From the NCBI GenBank assembly GCA_036149055.1, contig JAYZQJ010000289.1, positions 1 through 22,479 on the forward strand: 22,479 nt of DNA, given 5' to 3'. Of the stretch, positions 16,245 to 22,479 are shown one piece after another. A program made the position numbers and the translations under genes. Source of the stretch: Myxococcota bacterium (lineage in GTDB: Bacteria; Myxococcota_A; Polyangia; Polyangiales; Sandaracinaceae). The notes beneath the pieces are model-generated. The model had not been told where the DNA came from, searched no databases, and saw only the letters and a program-made list of their open reading frames with translations. Each line of letters opens with the position of its first letter. Positions within the stretch are counted from its first letter, which is position 1.

Positions 16245-16769
16245 CTACTCCCAACGATACTCGACGGGGCGTTCGGAGTTCTTCAGGGGACGGACAGTGG
16301 TTCCGGGGAGTCGTTTCGAGTACAGCCTCCAGTGCACGTAGGCGAAGATGTCGCGGCTCCATGAGCACCCGCGCCATGTCTCGTCTATTGAAAGAAGACG
16401 CCCGTCCTCGAGTAGAAAACCCACGGCGCTGCCCGACGAAGTGACCGGGAATACGAAGGAAGTTCCCGCGATCTTGTCCACGTAGTAGGACGCGTGAGCG
16501 GGGTCCATTCGCTGGAGCGGCTCGTGGACTCCGAATCGCACGCGGTTGACGAGTCGGGGCACCGAGGGCGTGCGCACTGTCAGGGAGATTCCCGAGAAGG
16601 AAGAGAGAAGCTCCTCAGCTGCAGCGTGTAGGACGAAGCCGAGTGTGTCCTCTTCGCTGGGCAACTTGGCCCGTCGTCGAGGCGACCACCCTTCACTCTC
16701 CAGCAGCTGGAGGATATGCGAGTAGCGGGTGCGAAGGAGCTGTTCGATGCCTGGTTCGTTCGCGGCCAT
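16245..16769 (-). CDS. SUKH-3 domain immunity protein
   Basis: LLESEGWSPRR, GFVLHAAAEELLSSFSGI, VRF, VFPV, LLEDGRL follow the SUKH-3 pattern (L..AGW.P.R...A..FL..FGG...FP.G...DG.V); start moved to ATG 16769. Confidence 0.78.
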   Translation of the reverse strand: MAANEPGIEQLLRTRYSHILQLLESEGWSPRRRAKLPSEEDTLGFVLHAAAEELLSSFSGISLTVRTPSVPRLVNRVRFGVHEPLQRMDPAHASYYVDKIAGTSFVFPVTSSGSAVGFLLEDGRLLSIDETWRGCSWSRDIFAYVHWRLYSKRLPGTTVRPLKNSERPVEYRWE

Positions 16770-16776
16770 GGGTCTC

Positions 16777-17074
16777 TCATTCTCCGCGACGCCGCCGATG
16801 AGCGGGTAGCCTGGCGTCGAACTGTGTAGTTGCCGCTGGCCGGCCCGCCCGGGGTATATCTCTCGAACGACGCGGTCCCGCGGGTGACCGCGTGCCCGCT
16901 CGCGGCGCCGCCGTCCTGGTATCACCAGGAGACCGCCCGGTGCTCGACCGAGTCGCCATCGGTCTGAGGTAGCTCGTTCCACATGCTGACGCTGACCCAG
17001 GGACCGGAGACCTCGAAGTTGGGACCCTCGTCACAGGCAAAGAGAACGACGCAGAGGAGCAAGCAGCGTCGCAT
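16777..17074 (-). pseudogene. Interrupted lipoprotein gene (or 50-aa small lipoprotein, 16922-17074)
   Basis: ATG 17074 gives MRRCLLLCVVLFA-C lipobox; in-frame TGA at 16924-16922 after 50 aa; the frame continues as YQDGGAASGHAVTRGTASFERYTPGGPASGNYT before losing protein-like character. 3' limit approximate. Confidence 0.55.
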
Positions 17075-17188
17075 GCAATGGGTTGTGGCATCCAAGCGTG
17101 CTCGGCAAGCGCCGATGTGAGCCGGTGCTTCACGCCAGATCGGCGACGTTCGGCTGGTAGTGGAGCCGGATCCCCCTGCTCCCTGAGC

Positions 17189-18070
17189 TCATGCTCCCTT
17201 CGCTCGTTTGAGGAAGGACTCGATGCGGGCGCGCTTCGCGAGTCGCGCAATCTGCTCGGCGTCCTTGCCCTGCTCGTTCCTCAGTCCGGGATCCGCTCCG
17301 AGCTCCACGAGCAGTTCGACGGCCTCGGCCTTGCCGGCGCTGGCTGCCGACATCAGAGGCGTGTTTCCCCCGGCGCCCTTCCTTGCGTCGGGGTCAGCGC
17401 CACGGGCCATGAGGGTGCGCATGATGTCCGTACGTCCTTGACGGCTCGCGAGGTGAAGCGCCTCGCCCAGGGCTGGCCTCGCGTGGGCAGAAGCTGCGAC
17501 AGCGTCGATGACGTCTCCACGTCCGTAGTTGATGGCGGCGAACAGGAATGCACGAGCCGTGTCTCTGGAAAGCGAGGAATCGAGCACGCGGAGAATCTCC
17601 GCACGTGATGCTTGGCGCTCGAGCAGCGGCAAGACCGGGCTGGCCGTCGTTTCCCACGCGAGGGGACGCCTCACATCCTCTCGCTGCTCGAAGAGTTGGG
17701 GGAGATCGTCCAACCCACAGCCGAGTGGAGTGATCTGGTCAGTGTCGTGGTCCCAGAAAGAGACGCGACCCGTGCCATCCATGAGGAGAGCGTTCCCATT
17801 GCCGTCGCGAGCCCAGGCCACGTGGTCGCTGCCGCTTCCCAGAAGGGTGGTCGTCGTATGCGCCAACTCTTCCGCAGCTACGAGGGCGATCGCGCCCGCA
17901 GTGGAACCGTCGGGCAACCGCAGAACCGCCGTGCTTCGAAGTTGTCCCCCATTCGTCCGTGCCAGCAAACTACGCAGAGGCAACGGAAGAAGTACTGTGC
18001 GCCCAACACTATCAAGTGTGTGCTCTCTTGCAGGAGCTAGCAGTGTATCGAGTAGCTGAGAGAGACTCAT
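17189..18070 (-). CDS. SMI1/KNR4-ankyrin repeat fusion protein
   Basis: N-terminal LPLPLRSLLARTNGG...ARDGNGNALLMDGTGRVSFWDHD (SMI1/KNR4); C-terminal ankyrin repeats ALHLASRQGRTDIMRTLMARGADPD and GNTPLMSAASAGKAEAVELLVELGADP. Confidence 0.88.
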   Translation of the reverse strand: MSLSQLLDTLLAPAREHTLDSVGRTVLLPLPLRSLLARTNGGQLRSTAVLRLPDGSTAGAIALVAAEELAHTTTTLLGSGSDHVAWARDGNGNALLMDGTGRVSFWDHDTDQITPLGCGLDDLPQLFEQREDVRRPLAWETTASPVLPLLERQASRAEILRVLDSSLSRDTARAFLFAAINYGRGDVIDAVAASAHARPALGEALHLASRQGRTDIMRTLMARGADPDARKGAGGNTPLMSAASAGKAEAVELLVELGADPGLRNEQGKDAEQIARLAKRARIESFLKRAKGA

Positions 18071-18239
18071 GCGCTTCGCCCCATGCCTGAAGGTTGCACG
18101 CCACTGGGGGCGGTCATACCGCCAATATCAGCATTCTTGCTGTACAGCGTTGCCGCGCCGGGCCGGTGACCTCGACCGCTCCGCCGGTAGGTTGAGGTCG
18201 GAGCCGGAGTCCGCTCCCCGGGTGATACCCGTGGTGGTC

Positions 18240-18695
18240 CTATGATGCCTCGAGTAGAGCGAGCAGGGTCGTTACCGAAGGTGCCACTTCTCGAAAAGCG
18301 TTCGGATGGTCGTATCCCAGTTCCAAGACCGCGTACACTATCGTCGGTGCGGTCCGCCGCTCTCGATAATCGAGCGCGAAGTGAACCTGGCTTCCGTCGG
18401 TGGAGAACGGTATCAGTCCTGCGGGGTATCCTCCCGACCTGAGAACGTTGACCGCATTCGGTATGTAGTCAGCACCTCCCTCGCGCGCATTCAGGTGCAT
18501 CAGGGGACCGAATGCGGTCTTCTGTCGCGGGTCGAACAGGCTCAGGTAGCGTGGCTCCGGAACTCGACCCTGATGCTGCATCAGGAGCTTGGCCATGTCC
18601 GGAGGGAGCTCGAACCCGAGAAGTGATTCGGCCGCCCTCACGTCTTCGACGCTTGCAGGTCCGACTCCTGCGTACTCCCTCCACTTCATCTCCAT
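18240..18695 (-). CDS. SMI1/KNR4 family immunity protein
   Basis: PASVEDVRAAESLLGFELPPD...HQG..P, LIPFSTDG...FALDYR...PTIVY...VAPSVTTLLALL. Confidence 0.9.
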   Translation of the reverse strand: MEMKWREYAGVGPASVEDVRAAESLLGFELPPDMAKLLMQHQGRVPEPRYLSLFDPRQKTAFGPLMHLNAREGGADYIPNAVNVLRSGGYPAGLIPFSTDGSQVHFALDYRERRTAPTIVYAVLELGYDHPNAFREVAPSVTTLLALLEAS

Positions 18696-18838
18696 CCCCT
18701 ACTCGAGCTCGGGTCGAGAACTCGCGGCGCTAGGACCGGTCGCGGAGGACACCTCCTCCAGCTCCTGCGTGCCAGGACGAGGAAGTGTCCGCGCTTGCAC
18801 GGCCGTGTCCCATGCCGGCCCGGCTGGTGACGCAACCG

Positions 18839-19690
18839 TCATCCCAACGGATACTCCCAGACGCCTTCGGACGTACCTCTGAACTCGATCGACGATATCC
18901 CCTTCAGCCTGCTGTCCAGCAGAAACTCGCGCAGAACGAAGTGGCGAACCAAGTGTTCAACATGAAAAGGATCTTTCGCCGCGGTCGATGGGAGCACACT
19001 GACGACGAGCCTCCCATCGCTCGACGATGCCAGCTCGACCTCCAGCACGGGCGGTACCTGGAGGGTGCCCGTAGCCACGGCACACGCAGAGACGTCGTAT
19101 CGTCCAGTTGCTTCCGAGTACGCGCCTTCCCACACCCAACTATCGACGGCAATCCTGGGGCACCCCAGCACTGCCTGCCGAAGGCCCGACAGGGCGCGCA
19201 GCGGACCGGGGACTGAAACCGTCGCAACATCATCGAGCCAAGCGATCCAGCCGTCCCGCAGCGAGTCTGGATCTCGCAGGCCACCCAGCCTCGACCACCG
19301 GTATGCCTTCAGCATCGCGGTCCACGCGGCAGGCGTCGGCGTGCGAACGAGCTCGAGCGCACGCAGCACGACATGCGAGGCCTCGATCGTTTGCGCCTCC
19401 AGCCAGTCCTGTGCGGGTGCTAGCCCGCGCAGCACGTCGGCCGTGGCCGATTCGAAGTCCGCGGCTCGCTCGAGACGTTCCGCCTCCGGCCAGGTGCTCG
19501 CGGATCGCCGGAGCCTCTGATGCACTTGCGGATAGACTGTCGCGTACGCGGCGGTGCGGAGGGCGACCGTCGCAAGGAGCGCCGCGTCCTCCTCGAGCAC
19601 ACCAAAGATCCGCAGCGCTACCGCCTCGTCGAGCTCACCAGAGTCCGACTCGAGGAGACTCATGTAGATGTCGCGCAGGCGCTGCGTCAC
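18839..19690 (-). CDS. Hypothetical protein
   Basis: 283-aa ORF; GTG start overlaps the upstream stop (GTGA 19690-19687); helical N-half, beta-rich C-half; no family recognised. Confidence 0.72.
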   Translation of the reverse strand: MTQRLRDIYMSLLESDSGELDEAVALRIFGVLEEDAALLATVALRTAAYATVYPQVHQRLRRSASTWPEAERLERAADFESATADVLRGLAPAQDWLEAQTIEASHVVLRALELVRTPTPAAWTAMLKAYRWSRLGGLRDPDSLRDGWIAWLDDVATVSVPGPLRALSGLRQAVLGCPRIAVDSWVWEGAYSEATGRYDVSACAVATGTLQVPPVLEVELASSSDGRLVVSVLPSTAAKDPFHVEHLVRHFVLREFLLDSRLKGISSIEFRGTSEGVWEYPLG

Positions 19691-20502
19691 GACATTGCCT
19701 CGAGACGTGCGAGCGCTGCCTCGGAGCCCTCCGTCAGGAAGAGGTACAGCCAGTCCTGCACATCGGGCGCAGGCACCTTCTTCACCAGTGACCCTAGCTC
19801 TGCGGAGTACTCACCTTCGTGAGTGATCGTAGCGACATCGTGCTCGTAGTTCTCGATCTCGGCGAACCCATCGTCCGTGGCCAGATGGCCTACGATTGCA
19901 CTCACCTCTTTGTAGGAGAACATCAGGCGCGCCTTTCCCCCGCGAGAGTAGAGGTTCCGCTTCTCCCGGCGAAACCGCATTCGGACAGCCGGGCCTGGGC
20001 TGCGCTCATAGTCTCCGAGCTTCGTGCTCTTCTTGCGAAAAGACGCCTCGCGGCCAATCTCGTCCCCAAAGAACTCACACCGATAGGCGGGGTACATGCC
20101 GTATAGGATGGACCCGAGAGCGGCTGCTCCTCTGGAAGGAACTCGCTTCAACAGTGAAGGATGCATGATGACGTTCGCTGGGATGCTCTTGCTCAACGGT
20201 GGGATGTCGTCCGTGATCACAAGTGGAATGTCCTTGGACAGCGGCTTCACGTGCCGGGCTGTAACCTCTGACAATGCAGCTACAATCTCGTCTGAAATGC
20301 CAAGGGCGGTGGGTCGAGAGGCCGACAGCAGAGCACCGTCAATTGCTCGGAAGTGGGACTCTGCCGCCACAGCCTCCTGCGCTCGGTAGTAGATGATACC
20401 GGCCGCGACTCGTATCGGTGGCAGCGTATCAACGTTCGGGTTCGCCACTCCGGGCTGAAGTCCCTCCCAGAGGAGCGAGTCGATCTCTTCGGCTGTCTTC
20501 AC
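19687..20502 (-). CDS. Hypothetical protein (candidate immunity protein)
   Basis: Long open frame with globular composition in visibly A/T-richer DNA; probable start GTG 20502 behind AGGA (alternative 20550). Confidence 0.72.
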   Translation of the reverse strand: MKTAEEIDSLLWEGLQPGVANPNVDTLPPIRVAAGIIYYRAQEAVAAESHFRAIDGALLSASRPTALGISDEIVAALSEVTARHVKPLSKDIPLVITDDIPPLSKSIPANVIMHPSLLKRVPSRGAAALGSILYGMYPAYRCEFFGDEIGREASFRKKSTKLGDYERSPGPAVRMRFRREKRNLYSRGGKARLMFSYKEVSAIVGHLATDDGFAEIENYEHDVATITHEGEYSAELGSLVKKVPAPDVQDWLYLFLTEGSEAALARLEAMS

Positions 20503-20614
20503 GCTGTGTTCCTGTCTCGGTCGGGTTGAATGACTGGCGTAGTCGCGCACATGCGCGGACCGGGTCTCGACCTCCTGAGAGGAAGGCGCGCAACACGACG
20601 CGGCGCACCCTGCG

Positions 20615-21319
20615 CTAGCGCTTCAGCATCGCCACTACGTCCGCCTCGGACGCCCGCTGAGTGCCGTCTGCGGCGGCCGACGAGTCGCAGTCCTCGGCGA
20701 GTACGGCAGTGCGTACGGTGTCCGAAAGCTGAGCGGGCCCCGAGAGGTCATGAACGTAACAGGAGCGAAGGCTCGTGCCTTCGAACTGCGCATCCTCGAA
20801 CGACGCGCCTCTCAGATCGCAGGCGACGAAGCGGGCTGAAGAGAGGAGGGCGCGGGTGTAGCGCGCTCGCCGCAGGTCACACCCATCCCAGTAAGTCTTC
20901 TTCGCGGCAGCTCCTGTCAGGTCCACTCCTCTCAGGCCGCACCCGTAGAAGCTTGCCTTGGTCAGGTTGCACATCGCAAGGTACGATGTTGCGAGAGTGC
21001 TGTCTCTGAGGGTTGCTGTCGAGAGGTCGGCGCCGTCAAAGTTGCAGGCCTCGAAGCTGCTGTCGTGCGCGTAGAGACTCGCCAGCACCGCTCCGTCGAA
21101 CGCGCAGTCGCGAAAGCTCGTGCGAGCGACGACCATGTCCACGGCAGTGGCGTCGGAGAAGCGGCAGCGTACGAGGCGGCAGTCACGAACGGAGAGGCCC
21201 CTCGAGTTGAACTTGCTGAAGTCGACGTTCGCGATCGTGGCTCCGGCAATCTCCTCTGGAGAGCCCACCTCGGACACTGTCCACTCGGAGTGGCGTCGCA
21301 GCGCTTCTTCAATGTTCAT
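20615..21319 (-). CDS. Pentapeptide repeat protein
   Basis: Continuous five-residue repeats with F/L at the centre (CRFSD, TSFRD, CAFDG, CNFDG, ADLST, ATLRD, CNLTK, VDLTG, CDLRG, ASFED, AQFEG); probable start ATG 21319. Confidence 0.92.
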   Translation of the reverse strand: MNIEEALRRHSEWTVSEVGSPEEIAGATIANVDFSKFNSRGLSVRDCRLVRCRFSDATAVDMVVARTSFRDCAFDGAVLASLYAHDSSFEACNFDGADLSTATLRDSTLATSYLAMCNLTKASFYGCGLRGVDLTGAAAKKTYWDGCDLRRARYTRALLSSARFVACDLRGASFEDAQFEGTSLRSCYVHDLSGPAQLSDTVRTAVLAEDCDSSAAADGTQRASEADVVAMLKR

Positions 21320-21418
21320 GTCGACGTCCGGTAGCTCGACGAATGGAGGATTCGCGGGAGTACGTCCATCCGCTGAGAAGAACAGCGTTGGGCTGGCCCT
21401 GCATGCCTCGGGCCTTCT

Positions 21419-21470
21419 CTCGGTCACCTCGTGGATCCTGCGCGCGAGGCGGGTCGAGGAGCAAGTCGAC
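21419..21470. repeat. Diverged 52-bp direct repeat, copy 1
   Basis: 41/52 ungapped identity (counted by hand) to 22298-22349; first 22 nt ctcggtcacctcgYggatcctg 21/22 identical. Confidence 0.75.
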
Positions 21471-21473
21471 CGT

Positions 21474-22262
21474 TCATCTCCGCGTCGTCTGATGCCCGCG
21501 AGCGCTCTTCCGCTTCGTCCGATGCTCGGACTCCGGTCTGCTCCATGTCCCTGGCGGTCCGAATCGGAGGCGGTCGACGATGAGCTGCAGCACCTGGTTG
21601 AGCTCCGCGTCGCGCATGGGATCCGCGCCGAGGTACGTCGACGCGCCGGAGTTCCGCGGCCCGAAGCGCAGCAGGGCGAGCGCGGCGGTCTCGTAGATCT
21701 CCTCGGCGCCGCGCACGCACATCACCGCCGGCCAGTAGCGCATGCGCTCGGCGTACTCGCGCTCTTGGGCCGAGGCCTCGCGCCTGACCAGGTCGGCTAC
21801 CGGCTCGTTCTCCGGCTCGAGCCGATCCCACACCTGCTCCGCCAGGTCCCGCGCGCGCCAGGCCTTCTCGAGGAGACCGGGCCCCCTCGCCTCCGCGAGG
21901 TCGGCGGCCAGCCGCGGGACGAGCTCGCCCGCGGCGGCGGCGATCCGCTCGGCGTCCTGACCGCTCGCCACGAGGCTCCAGCCCCGGTCGTCGTGGCCGG
22001 GGATGGGCACGATTGCGCGCTCGAAGAGCCCGCGCGTCGAGTTGGCGCCACGTGTGAGCCCGGCCTGAACCTCGAAGCCCACCACGTCATACTTCAGCCC
22101 GTCGGACTCGCACAGGAGTCGCTCGTAGGTCCCCGCAGTGGCGGACCTTCGGACGAAGAGCGTCTCCAGCGTGTCGGGGTCCCAGTCCGTCTGGACGAAC
22201 TCCGCCGGAGCCAAGGCCTCCTGGACGGACTCGATCAGGCCGCGTATCGCTCGCTTCGTCAT
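21474..22262 (-). CDS. Hypothetical protein
   Basis: GC3-rich 262-aa frame from ATG 22262 (or GTG 22268); no family recognised; bracketed by the 52-bp repeats. Confidence 0.75.
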   Translation of the reverse strand: MTKRAIRGLIESVQEALAPAEFVQTDWDPDTLETLFVRRSATAGTYERLLCESDGLKYDVVGFEVQAGLTRGANSTRGLFERAIVPIPGHDDRGWSLVASGQDAERIAAAAGELVPRLAADLAEARGPGLLEKAWRARDLAEQVWDRLEPENEPVADLVRREASAQEREYAERMRYWPAVMCVRGAEEIYETAALALLRFGPRNSGASTYLGADPMRDAELNQVLQLIVDRLRFGPPGTWSRPESEHRTKRKSARGHQTTRR

Positions 22263-22297
22263 TCGCACCGATGAGCTGGGCTACAGGCCCCGTCGTC

Positions 22298-22349
22298 CTC
22301 GGTCACCTCGCGGATCCTGAGCCTGACGCAGGTCGATCGGCAAGCCGGC
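22298..22349. repeat. Diverged 52-bp direct repeat, copy 2
   Basis: 41/52 identity to 21419-21470. Confidence 0.75.
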
Positions 22350-22479
22350 GCTGCTGTTGCCGCGCAGGGTATTCGAGGGAGCTTCGCGCGGGCTACGTGA
22401 TGGGCATCGCAGCGGCGGCGATGCTGGGCCAGGGGTGATGGCCATGATGCTCGACGCGGGACGGACGGAGACGAGGGCC

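Noticed and set aside
16780..16860. HNH/WHH toxin tail (QLHSSTPGYPLIGGVAE) upstream of SUKH-3
   Set aside because: Only a superficial likeness to H...HxGG; the second His is absent and the frame runs into the immunity gene without a stop.
16860..16924. Selenocysteine UGA with SECIS in the interrupted lipoprotein
   Set aside because: No redox-motif context, and the downstream stem does not resemble a bacterial SECIS in position or loop; a nonsense mutation is simpler.
13718..22349. Integron cassette array
   Set aside because: No paired RYYYAAC...GTTRRRY attC boundaries found in the spacers by eye, several genes overlap with no spacer, and no intI is in the window. IntegronFinder would be decisive.
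22269..22479. 3' end of a further gene entering from the right edge
   Set aside because: Two minus-strand frames are open from the edge (stops near 22281 and 22393), but neither has convincing composition; it cannot be decided without flanking sequence.

Overview
GC-rich bacterial window, probably from a myxobacterium (Myxococcota). This is inferred from the Cys-rich/FG-GAP lipoprotein, the 'DAG'-linker lipoproteins and a SitI3-like gene. The left part (1-~13.7 kb) is ordinary chromosome: aldo/keto reductase, mgtE, a bbp2-type outer-membrane beta-barrel, a three-gene envelope cluster (erythromycin-esterase-family lipoprotein, GT-C-like membrane protein, small lipoprotein), a DUF1971 cupin, a Rep/UvrD helicase, a MocA-like nucleotidyltransferase and a large FG-GAP lipoprotein. 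The right part (13.7-22.3 kb) is a run of 11 short, co-oriented minus-strand genes with uneven base composition. It holds three SMI1/KNR4 proteins (one fused to ankyrin repeats), a SUKH-3 protein, a SitI3-like protein, a DUF2262-like protein, a pentapeptide-repeat protein and four unknowns, with no intact toxin in the window. It reads as an orphan-immunity (polyimmunity) array. Its spacers carry gene remnants, an interrupted lipoprotein gene and a diverged 52-bp direct repeat bracketing one gene. Two further elements are absent from the ORF track: a 28-aa membrane-peptide ORF upstream of the helicase and a 15-bp hairpin covering the porin ribosome-binding site. All family calls are by motif recognition only; no searches were run.
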